64,000 bases of DNA. It comes from Macrostomum lignano. Taxonomy: Eukaryota. A program made the position numbers and the translations under genes. Below the pieces are notes generated by a model. That model saw only the letters and a list, made by a program, of their open reading frames with translations. It made no database searches and was not told the DNA's origin. How positions within the stretch are numbered: position 1 is the first letter of the stretch; the number at the start of each line of letters is the position of its first letter. The stretch is taken from the NCBI GenBank assembly GCA_002269645.1, contig NIVC01000114.1, forward strand, positions 744,001-808,000, given 5' to 3'. This document shows positions 52,844 through 64,000 of this stretch, piece after piece.

Positions 52844-54904
52844 AGCGCCAATATCGAAAACTCGATCTGTCTGATAGAACAGGGACATGTTTTTGTTTCT
52901 CATATTAAAATTTGGCGACTTTAGGTAATGATTCATATAATAATGAAAATATTATAATATCCACTAAAATATTTCAGGCAATGGTTTTTAAACCACGTAG
53001 CGTGGACGATTTTTACTTACTTTGCTGTTCTGAAGAGACTTCACGCAAAGTTGCTTATGTTTTTTTAAGTATAGGGAGCTAAATCCACTGGTCAATATGC
53101 AGCAAATCCAGTAATAATTTTATTATGTACTTAGACAATTCTTGTGAATATTTATATGCATTGCAACCTAACTTTCCTGCCAAACATGTCGAAACAAAAA
53201 TACAAAAATAATCTCACTAACAAGGAAACAAGTTAGTCTGAGTTAAACTGCAAGGATACGAGCTCTAAAAACGTACATGTATCATTACGATAGAAATGTT
53301 AATGTACGTCATTGTACTAAATGTACTCGCGTACACGCTATAGTACTCGTAGTATCATATATACTGCGCTGCTCGAGGAAAAGCTAGAAAAAATGTATTG
53401 GGCGTTGAGCGCAATTATGTTTTTTACCCTGAGCTCAATCTTAGCATCAACAATGATAAAACAAAAGACGGGGGGTAAAGACGGTGCGGCATTTGCACAG
53501 ACAACTAGGCTGTAGAGGGCGCGGACGCTGAGAATATTTGAGCGAATCGCGTCTCAGATTGTTAACTTGCTACGACCCTCTGTCCCTCCCCCTGAAAAAC
53601 ACGCGTGTCTTGTCTAGTTTTTTAATGAAGATGTTTACCTATTCTGCTAAAAATAGTCACTGGGTAACGCATTCTCACGCCGACAGGCTACTTGCTGTCT
53701 GGAGAAAGATTGAATACGGATCTGCAAATTAGAGAAAAAAAATTAGAAGATCAGAAGAAAAATAAAATTATATAGTCAAGGAAGTAACCCGGTTTCCACC
53801 CAGAACACTTTTCACCAATCTGATTTTTTGATATTCGACAATATTAATTGAAGTATTTAGTTAAGCAGGAATCACTCTTATTTTCCCTCTATCCATCCTC
53901 TATCTCTCCTCGCTCATCCGTAGGATGAATACCGCTTGACGCCTAACATCAGATCCTAAGATTCCCCTAAGATTATCGCCTTCATTAAACACCAGATCGA
54001 ATCGAAAAGAAGCATTACCTATACGTAAAACGTCACCACTGACTCAGTCATCCAGGCAACACAGCAAATACCGATAATGACAGTCTGCTTATTATTCAAC
54101 AAACATGTGTGAACTGAGTACCATCCTTAAGCTGAATTTTCCATCACCAAACAAGTGACAATACACAAGAAAGTTTCATCATCGCAAAAAACCAGTCAAA
54201 CAGACCCTCTATTGTCTTCTTTTGGCTCTCTGAAAATGTTTGACGATGCTAAACGAAATTGGAAGAATGGAAAATAATGCCTCCAGGTGTAAGAGTCTGG
54301 TTTAGGATTTTTGAAATTACAGATAGTCAACCGATCCAGTATCTGATTAGGAATTGGCATTTAGCTTTTTTGTAATCGTAAATCAATTATGAAGTTCAAT
54401 TATGGACGGACCTACTGTGTCATTTTGAATAGAAAATTTGAGCTGTCTGTCACATGGAAAGCAGATTATAAACTATTCATTGAGCATTTCTTTACTTGAA
54501 AGCATTAAAATGGATTAATTAAAATATCGACATTAAAGCCGATTACTATTCTATCAAGTAGGCTAATTTGGTCAAAATTGGGAATTCATAAACTAGTCTT
54601 CAATATCCATAGACTCAATCAATTAGCGAGAAAAAATGAGATGGCAAAATTTGTGTGATATGGAGCTTTGGCTTTACCTCTTAAATTTACAAGATATCGG
54701 CCTATCCATTCTAATATATAACAGTTCATTACATCGTCTAAAATAAATTAGCATGTTTTACAACGCCGAAACTTTCATAAGCTCAAAATTTTAGCAAAAC
54801 AAATAGTATGCATTAACTTTTATCAGAACGTCGAAATTTGCCCTCCCAATGGTAATTTTTATGCAAGTAACACTTAGCGCGGTGGAGCGCTGCAGACACC
54901 GGCA

Positions 54905-55025
54905 CCGCCGAATCTCCCTGATCGACATTGCAGCACTAGCTGCCCGTGGTCGCCAGGGGTTAGCAAAATGAGCGGCAACGCTTCCTCGCTGCATCCGGAT
55001 GCATTTAGTCCTTGCAGCTAAGTCA
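54905..55025 (+). mobile_element. LINE 3' UTR fragment (same family as 43820-43947)
   Basis: agctgcccgtggtcgccaggggttagc...gcagctaagtcaag. A related 3' end lies at about 51540-51660. Confidence 0.65.
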
Positions 55026-57021
55026 AGTAAATCAGCACCTTTGCCGAGTGTAATGTGTCCATGCGCCCTTCTCATATCCAATGTACCCTCCCTGTACCTC
55101 CTGTGCCCTCCCCGTACCTCTGTGCTTCCCCCATGCCCCATGCGCCCCCCATACCTCTTTGCTTCCACCATGCCCCATGCGCCCTCCCCATTCCTCTGTG
55201 CCTTTCCCATATTCTATTATGATTTCCTCTCATATTTATATACCCTCCTACGACGCCCCCGTATTCCATAGTACAACTTTGCAAAGTGACATACTTATTC
55301 TAATAAAACCATTGCTAATTAATGCGATAATAAATTAATTGTTGCGAAAACAAATGATTAGTAATCTTCCATCTTACCATTTAACCGATGTTTTGACAAA
55401 ATGCATGGCGAGTGCATCTCGCTCGATCAAATCAGATTTCGGTCAAGAACTGGTCAAGCAATAACCATATATTTGGTGCAGAAGTTCTGCAAGAGGATTC
55501 TTCTACTCCTACATTCGCCAATATCCAGAAGGTAGTAAAACTGCTGTAATTTCGTTAGTCATTTTAATCGGTTGTTAGCTGAAATGTAAAAATACGAAAA
55601 AATCGATGTAATTTTAAACTTACTAAGAGCTTAATTTCACATATCCAACAATATAGAAAAAAATGGCCCCCCCTCATGAACATTTGTTATGGTACGGACA
55701 AAGCTAGTCATAACAAAGATAATCTTTAGAATCTTTAGAACAAGCTCTTATACAATGAAATAAAAAAATAATGAAGGAAATCAATTGCAATTAAAAAGTT
55801 AAAGCTGATACGTTTCGACACAAACGGTTATCTTCAGGTCTTACACCTCGCCAAACAGCAAATCAGTATATTTAACTTGCAATCAGCGCACAAGAACGCT
55901 CCTCATGAGCTAAGGCTCAAAGCATCTCAAAGCAATACCACCATAAGCTTTGACAATTCAGCAATTTCCAGAATAAATCAGTGAATTGAAAGTGTTGTAG
56001 GTCATCTACTCTGTTTTCATCGCTTAAAAATGTAATGTACATTTACCGGCTGGACTGAAGCCGAATTTTCTACTGCCTAGTGCAGTTTTGACGTGTAAGC
56101 CCTGATGACAGCTTGTATCAAAACGCGATGGTTTTACCCTTGAATATTGGTGGTGACCTTAATTCTTTTATTTATTTGTTAAACGAGAATTTCTGCCGGA
56201 CAAAGCACGATCTTGATGGATCTTGTTAAGATGATCAGCATTGATCCAGCTAATGAGCGCATTGATCAATTAAAAAGCACACACAAGCTATTAATGATAC
56301 TACTCTTTAGGTACCAATCAACACGTCAAAATAATTGACCTTTTGTTGATTTCTAGAGTAAAAGTTTAAATACAAAACACTTATCGGGAATAAAATTTGA
56401 ATAAATTGAGTTAAAAGATAAAAAGCAAAAAAATAAAAAATATATTAAAATAAAAATCTAGATTAAAAACATTGACACGGTTAGAGCAGTCACTGGCCAA
56501 TACGATTTTTTTGGTTGGCAACGTTAAAATAATCAAAATAAAACTTTAACAACAGTTTTTGATTCGAGCTTTAAAAAAGACCCGAATAACTTTTCTAGCG
56601 AACGGATTCATATAAATACTTCCGAGCGTAGTGTGAGATGCAGTGCTTTGTATCCGTAACGTAAAAATATATATTTTTGCAGACACCGTACCACAGAAAG
56701 TGTTGAGGCAAGCCTGCTCATTCCGCTGCCTCCTGAGCACATTCATGTACAAGTGCGCCAATACTGTACGCAGGCACGCACTCGCTAACTCGCTCACACA
56801 GGGTGTAAAGCAACTCTCATGGGTATATGAATCGGATGACAAAGTATTAAATGTTACTGCGCATGGAGCCGAACTAGCTGTGGCGTTGTGGCGCAGGGGT
56901 CAATCGGCTGCCCCGCTATAGAATTAAAAACACATACTTGCATGAAAAAAATTGTTTTAAACAAAAACTAAGAGATATTTAATCAGATGTTGGTTTGTTT
57001 CATATATCACACAGTATTTTT

Positions 57022-60000
57022 TCACGCGAGCTGGATTGAACTGAACTTGGCTGAATTGTTACTCAAATTATCGTAGGTGTGGTCATCGGTCGACGTTTCA
57101 TATACACCAGCATAAGGCGATTCTGCCGCTTCAGTCGGCTGACCTCCAACACTGAGCTGCTGCAATGCAATTAGAATTCATATCCAAGTAATATTTTTAG
57201 CAATGCAGCAGAACCGCCTTATCGTTCAAAGGGAAATATCTTACATGCATCCGAATGCGGTCATAATCAGCAAAGGTGTAAGGAGTTTCGTCCTCTGTGT
57301 CAGGTTCCGGCGTGCATTTACCCTAGGAATTAACGAATCATAGAATACAAATTTAATAATAAACATAGCAGTATTAAACGATCATAACATTTATCATAAC
57401 AAAGCACTACTAAAAAAAAGAAGCTTACCTGAACAAAATCTTCTTGTGGCGGAGATGGCGCACTGCTTGTGAAGGAACCTTTACCCTGCAACTGACTCCT
57501 CTAAAATTGAAAAAAAAACTCAAGATTGTTACTCAATCTATGTGGCTCGTAGACCTACACCCGTAATTCATACCAATCAATAAACATACATGCCACTACA
57601 ACTTACCGATCGATATCGAACAATGAAAAGAACAATGCCACATGTAAAAGCCGAAGACAGTGTTACACTGACCACAACCAAGATTGAATAGAAACCAATT
57701 GAGCCGACAAAACCAGTTGAACATTCTGATGAAGCTAAAATACGATGTGCGGGCTTAAGATAAAATGAATCGTCTTAAAAACTGTACACAGGATAAACTT
57801 AGTGCGAAACCTACCATGCGATTTCAAACACAGATAACCATCAGCTGTTTCGTACTTAAATGACCCGTTAAATGGCCACGGAAGAGTTTCATGGTTATAA
57901 TTTGCCGAGTGGCTTCTCTCTAAACACACTTCGTCGCTACCGCACGGATTCGGGCTGCATTCTGAGTTGTCAATTGAGCAGTCCGTTCCAGAATAGCCGG
58001 GGTGGCACACGCAACTGAAAAACGTCTGATTGCATTCAAACTCAAGCATTATATAATAGTGCCATAAACAGCGAAAAATACTCACGAAGCCATTGACGAA
58101 GTGCACGTTCCTCCGTTTCTGCATGGCAAATATACCTCACAAATATCAAGCGACGAGCTCAAGACGACACCTGAAGACTCACTGGCTGCCATTGCTCCTG
58201 ACAGAGCAAGATAAGATGGGGAAGAACTCAAAATCAGTGGCTTTGCCTCATTCAATCTCGGATGGGAAATTATTCCCCGAAATCCAGTCACGCCTGAAGG
58301 CATCGCAGCCCAGATGCTGGCTGGAAAAACAGGCAGAGATCGCTTTGATCTGCCGCCGGTGCTTGGCGGTGATGCGCCGCTGAAGCCGCCGATGATGAGC
58401 TGGCCTGACAGCTGCGGCAGCGGACTCGCACTGCTCAGCGATGCCGACCTGACTGAAGCTGACACTGACAGCGACAGCGAGCGACCCGATATCGACACGG
58501 AGATCTTTACGGAGACGAAGCTGCCGGTGGCCACCGAGTCTGAGGACGTCAGCGCTGCGATGAGGGAGCCGTTGCTGTGCAGTAACTGGGCGGACAGACG
58601 GCCAGAGTGATCAATCTGAAAAGAATAAAACAAATACTGACTTTACCAGATCTCACTCAATCTAGAAAAAAACACTGAGGACACTCACTGTAACGAGCAG
58701 TCTCGGAGTGGTCGCCGAGTCGCTCGGGTCGCCCAGCAGCAGCAGAAACGCTCCTCGAGACAAAGTCACCAGCCTCAGCTCAATCGTCCACGAGTCTCCG
58801 CCATACACACTTGACACACCTGCTGCAGTCGCGAAGCTCGCTGATGACACGCTGCCGCCCACACCCAGTGAGAACGATGGAAGCTCAAAGGAGCAGCGCA
58901 GGCCTCCGAAGCCCGTAACGCAGTGGCACACAAAGTCGTTCCACACATCTGAGCACATCGAGCTCGTCTTTGCTTCACAAGGCGACGGGCTGCCGCACTG
59001 CACCGACCGACTGCAGACTCCCCAGGTCGCGCTGCTCGACTCCGCCGTGGTCCCCGAGGCGACCAATGTCGAGTCGTTCGACACGAGCCGCAGGTCTCTC
59101 ACGCAGCCGCGGAAGCCGCCGCCGCCGTCGATGCCGGATCCGCTCTCGCCGCCGACACGAACTGACATTCGACTGTTCGGCTTGAATGAGTCTGACAGTC
59201 CGTCGACCAGCTGTGCTCCAGGCAGCTGACTCACTCCTGACTCACTGCGACTCAATGTCACACTGCCATTGGTCAGCGAGACCGACAGCGTCAGCCAATC
59301 AGTAGAGGCCAAGCTGTGACTGATTGGCCAATCGGCTCGACCAATCACAGACGATGAGGCATTGAAGAACAACAGCACGAGACTGGAGTCGTGAGCGCCG
59401 ACTCGGATGTCTCCCCAGTGAGACGAGAGCCGGACCAGATCGAAGTGGGCGAGACTCGTGCGGAACGACAGCTCGAAGGTGCAATCAGTTGTCGTGCTCA
59501 ACTTGGAGCTGTCCAGCAAGACTCTGAAGGCCGTGCTTCCGTTGAATGACGCCAGAGTGGTATCGTTGCACTGCGGTCCAGACCAGCCAGGCTTGCAGGT
59601 GCAGCGATAGCCGTGAGCAGGTGACGGCAGCTCGCGAAGAAGCAGCGCCTCGCACTTCTCATTCATTTGGCACGGGCTGGAGTCGCAGCCAGTCAGTCTG
59701 ACGCTGCAGTTTTTGCCTCCGAACTCAGCGGGGCAGCCGGTGCAGGCATAATCCGCTATCAGGTCCTTGCAGACGGCTCCGTTCTGACACGGCTGTCCGA
59801 ACTGCTCGCACTCGTTGATGTCGACTGAGCAGGTCGGGCCCTCGTAGCCGGGCAGGCAGTGGCAGGTGAATGAGGCCAGGCCGTCCGTGCAGTTTGACGC
59901 GTGAGCGCACACGCTGCGGTTGGTGGCCGGGTCCAGACAGTCGTTCGGGTTGATCTCACATGTGTCTCCGTAGATGCCTTTGCGTTGCAGTTAAATAAAG

Positions 60001-63000
60001 GAATAATTGCTATAGATTAGAATCATTACAGTCGATACAGTCAATGCACAGGATCTCCTTACCTCTTGGGCAGAGGCAGACGAACCCGGCAGCCAGCGCA
60101 TAGCTGAAGCTGTCATTGAATGGCAAAGGCAGCGATGAGTTTCCATACAGAGCCTGGTTGCTGCGCTCCACACAGGCGGCACCGAACTGGCACGGATTCG
60201 GTGAGCAGTCCGGCTCGTCATTGGAGCAGGTCTTTCCCGAGTAGCCGCTGAAGCAGCTGCAGCTGAAGTCTCTGAGCCCGTCAGTGCAGGTGGCGTTGTG
60301 GCTGCACGGGTTGCTGGCGCAGTCGTCAATGCGGCTCTGGCAGTTCGGTCCGTTGAAGTCGGTGGCAGAGCAGTCGCAGGTGAAGCTCCTGACACCGTCG
60401 ATGCACCTGCCGCCGTGCTGGCACGGACTCGATGCGCAGTCATCGATCTTGGAGCTGCAGGTGTCGTCTTGGAAGTCGACGCGAGAGCAGTCGCAGGTGA
60501 ACCTGCATTTATTTCAGCATTTTAATGAGAGAAAATACAAAACGAAAACAGAGAAATGAAACAATTTTTTGAACTAAAAAGAATGCTTAGTTCGGGATGA
60601 ATCATCAACGATGGAAGATAATAAGTAATATTTTTTTCGCATTTTGACACATTTCTTCCTCTACTAGAAGAGAATTAGCAAGTATGATTGCTAATCAGAA
60701 GAAAATAACGCTGTCAGAATATCTAATGGTTGAAATATGATTTATCTGTCCATTAAATCTTGTTTTCAGTAGAAAAATTGAAGGAATTTATAACTTCAAT
60801 AGCATGCATATCGGGGAGGGTAGCAGATATTTTGTACTTCAAAATTCTAAGTCAGGGTTATCTAAGTATTTTTTTGTTTGTTTTAAACATGATTTAGGTA
60901 ACCCCTTCAATTTTAACCTTTCTTCTAAGTAAAATTCTCTAAAGATTTGTTTTAGAAGACTTTTGACTACTGAATCTTGGAAACATTTTGCTTCCAGCGA
61001 TAAACAAACAAAAAGAAAGCTCTTTTTCCGATCAAGGGCCTGAAGGAAAGAGAAGCTCAACTCAAAGCAGAATTCGCTGAATGGCTTCACTGCAAAGCCC
61101 AGATACTAGAATAACTAGATGGGCCACTCAGGCGCATATACTTAGTAAAACAGCCTTCTACTTCAAGTTCAGTAGAAAAGAAAAATGCAAGAGTGCATAA
61201 GCAATTTTTTTTTAAATAAAGGTAGCTGAAAGACTTTGATAAGCTTAGAAGCCCAAGCTTGCAGGTGTAAACAATTTGCTAATTGGTTCAGCAATATTGT
61301 ACTTTAGCCAGTCCACTGTAATTTACATGGCAGCTTTAGGCTGGAATTCCGAGAAAGGCAATAAAAATTGGGGCGGGGCAGGGGGTTAAAGCTGGTGGGT
61401 AAGAGCCAATAAATGAGCCTTGGCTTTAAAAGTGCATTAAAATGCTTCTTTAAATTTCTACTGAACAGAAAGTAGCTTCCACGCAAATGTGCTGAGTGGC
61501 CCATCTAGTTATTCTAGTATCTGAGCTGCAAAGCGACGTCCGCAAGACAACGAAGGGATCAGACTCCCGGTGAGTGGTAGGATTCGTTTGGCAAACGTAT
61601 TTTTGAGTGACAGAGGCCTCAGCTTCTAATGATCAGGCACTGGGATGTACTTAGAAATAGATTTTCCATTAGTGACGTAAGGGTATTGATGCCAGTATAG
61701 CTACTCTGTTGATGGGGGCAAAGCATGGGAAGTTAAGTCCTGAATCACTGCCGTTTGGCGATTTTATTTTCAGTACGAGCGTACGCGCCAGCCTTGCGAC
61801 TGCCCCACATCCCATACTGCTGTGATTGGCTGACCAGCCCGAAGCTGTCTGCAACCAGCTGTCTGCAACCAGCGGTCTGTAACCTCGTCTGACCTCTGAT
61901 TGGCTATTGTTTTGGCTATTGGTTAAAATTGGACCCAAATATAAGGAGATGTGTGAGCAGCGGGCAGGGCATTGGCCTTCGCTTCTAACCTGAAATTGGC
62001 TCCTGCATACCTGCATACTGTACTTTACAATCGTAGGTACGGACTGATAATGTCTCTCAAAGCGATCCCACGTTCGGAATTCGAAGTCAGTCAGACCAGG
62101 CTGACTGACGCCATCAAGTTCTCGTTGCTCTGAAGGTCTTGCAGAGAACTCCAGTATACGATCGATTAAACGGCTGCGTTACAACACCAGATCTAGGCTT
62201 CGATCGCACACAATTCATGCCATATGGTGACTAATGACGGCTGCTCCAGCATGATGAAGCTTGATGGAGTGCTGTTAGCGCAAAACTGAGTCTGTTGGCA
62301 ACACACTTGATGTCACCAACTAAAATGAAATGCGACGGCGTCAAAAAAAAGAATCCACAGCGGCTTTTCTCATTTAGTGCTCACAGCCGAACCCTGAAAC
62401 CCGAGCCCATGCTGACAGGGCCAACTTTAAAAAAAAACTAGCCTGATATTTTGCACAGTACTCAAAGCTTGCCATCAGGTCACCTTCCTATGTTCTACAG
62501 GTAAGCTGCCCCCAAATGACCCGAGCTTACAAGAGTTGTCGATCAGTTGGAAGAGCTGGTTGATACTGATGCTAGAGGACCCAGGGCGAGATGCTCAGTT
62601 TAAAAATGAATTACAAGCATATATTTGTCTACCTCTTGTTTGTTTTCACGCAACAATAAGTTGCTTGATGATAAGAAAGCTCTATCTAACTACGAGCTAA
62701 AATTTATAAAATTTTCAACATTACCTAAATTAAAAAAAAACAGAATCTTTGCAATGCAGTGAAATCTATGGTAAAACTTCCAGAGGCTTTGCGCATGTCA
62801 GAACGCATCTGCAGCTCTCCAACAGCTCAGAATACTCACGTGGAGTTCCCGTCGCTGCAGACGCCGCCGTTCTGACAGGGCCCTGACAGGCAGTAGTCAG
62901 TGTCCACTGAGCAGTTCCTGCCCTCCCAGCCTGTGAAGCAGCTGCAGCTGTAGTTTTTCACCAAGTCTGAGCACAGGCCGTTGGTGCAGGGCTTGCTGGC

Positions 63001-63067
63001 GCAGTCATCAATGTTGTTTTAGCACCTGTCACCTGTGAATCCCGTGTCTGTGCAGTCGCAGGTGAAT
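57022..63067 (-). CDS. Crumbs-like receptor C, 3' part (EGFs, LamG1, EGF, LamG2, EGF, second truncated Crumbs-signature EGF, TM, tyrosine-rich tail); 5' exons beyond the window
   Basis: Exons 62840-63067, 60063-60502, 58689-59977, 58086-58615, 57815-58014, 57607-57734 (TM), 57429-57500, 57245-57322, 57022-57159, all phase-compatible. Tail motifs PYTF, DYDRI, PYAGV, VYETS, TYDNL; ends IQLA*. Confidence 0.83.
61098..61525. mobile_element. Young MITE with 34-bp TIRs and a perfect 8-bp TSD
   Basis: Perfect 32-bp inverted repeat cagatactagaataactagatgggccactcag (61100-61131 / 61492-61523); TSD ctgcaaag at 61090-61097 and 61526-61533. Confidence 0.85.
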
Positions 63068-64000
63068 CTGAAATTCAAGCAGAAAACTCGGCACTATAGT
63101 TCGGCTGTTCAGCGTTTCCATCGGCAGTTATCGGTGTTAAATTTTCCCAACCATACAAACGACGGTTATAAAACTCGGAGTAGGGTTTTATAGTTTCAGA
63201 GTCGTAATTAAACGGTAGATATTAGTTTAAGTAGCCGCTACAGAAACAAAATTTAGAATCGAAACAGGAAAGTACCCTCTGTTAAATAAACCAGATAACA
63301 TCACAAGATAACTTTCGCTCAAACAAGATAACATGCCCTATTCCGGTTATGCAAAATGTTATCTTGTATGAATCCTGTTTGCGTGACGAAATCTTACGTT
63401 TCCTTGTTTCAAACAGGATTCACTGAACAGGTAACAGTCGGGTAATTCATGCGAAAAAAAGCCGGAAGGCATTGACATCAAATTTCGCAGTAAAGAAGCG
63501 TATAAAAAGTTGGTGCTTCAAGATGTTGTGAGTAGCATCTATATTTAACAGAGGGGTGTCATTTGTAAGCGCCTTATACAAACTAAACGGTAGATCAACA
63601 GGAACGGAAACTTCTGGAGAACAGTGTGGCATACGTCTGAGTTTCGGGAGTCCAGTAACGACTACTGTATTGACTTGTTCGAGGTTTTACTAGCACCCGA
63701 CAAGATTACCGACACTCGTAGTCTGTAACGACTACTCTCTTGACTTTATCTGCTCACGGCTGGTGCAACTGCAAACGCCTTAGACAAACCAATGGAGCAT
63801 GTACCGATAAAAATCGGATTAGCGTCTATCTTAATAGGAAAGCTGCTTTGCATACTGGGCCAGTTAGAGCTATTTGGAACTATGCCACAGTCTCCGTCTA
63901 GACACCCAGCTGTGCCAAACAATTATGGTTGGCTGACTCATGCTTCTAAGCGTCAAATATGACGATAGAATCATTCAGCCCGTTGACACACTAAGCAGCT

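Noticed and set aside
53800-54300. Possible old LINE RT relic (FSIRSGV-like motif on the minus strand)
   Set aside because: Too decayed to support from sequence alone.
56643-56921. 92-aa plus-strand ORF with Cys/His residues after an AG
   Set aside because: No complete zinc-finger spacing or partner exons; could be UTR or a transposon scrap.

Overview
Eukaryotic (invertebrate metazoan) genomic DNA with spliceosomal introns, not prokaryotic. Short 65-110 bp introns, GC-rich exons in AT-rich introns and many minisatellites are compatible with a flatworm such as Macrostomum, but the species cannot be fixed from the sequence. I spliced exons by hand (GT-AG sites, reading-frame phases all consistent) and recovered a head-to-tail, minus-strand cluster of six Crumbs-related type I membrane protein genes; many of their exons are absent from the ORF track. 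In transcription order: C (EGFs + 2 LamG + tyrosine-rich tail; 5' end beyond the window), D (1 EGF + about 390-aa YxxP/PxxPxR tail), E (about 6 EGF + about 290-aa tyrosine-motif tail), F (2-EGF mini-receptor with a CCC tail), B (full 17 EGF/3 LamG Crumbs-like protein whose tail ends EVFF instead of ERLI), and A (recent, internally deleted copy of B that runs off the left edge). None of the five visible tails carries the canonical Crumbs GTYSPS/ERLI signals. Three carry instead multiple acidic-context tyrosine motifs on phase-0 cassette exons. The best candidate for an undescribed system is this diversified Crumbs-derived signalling-receptor family built by exon shuffling. Introns and spacers hold a degenerate DIRS/Ngaro-type tyrosine-recombinase retrotransposon with a SAP-domain gag, an internally deleted Ginger-type DNA transposon (CCGG TSD) nested in a LINE, an LTR-like element with a 3x72-bp CRE+MEF2 enhancer, an intact minimal type I hammerhead ribozyme, Gypsy/LINE/SINE remnants, several MITEs and many minisatellites.
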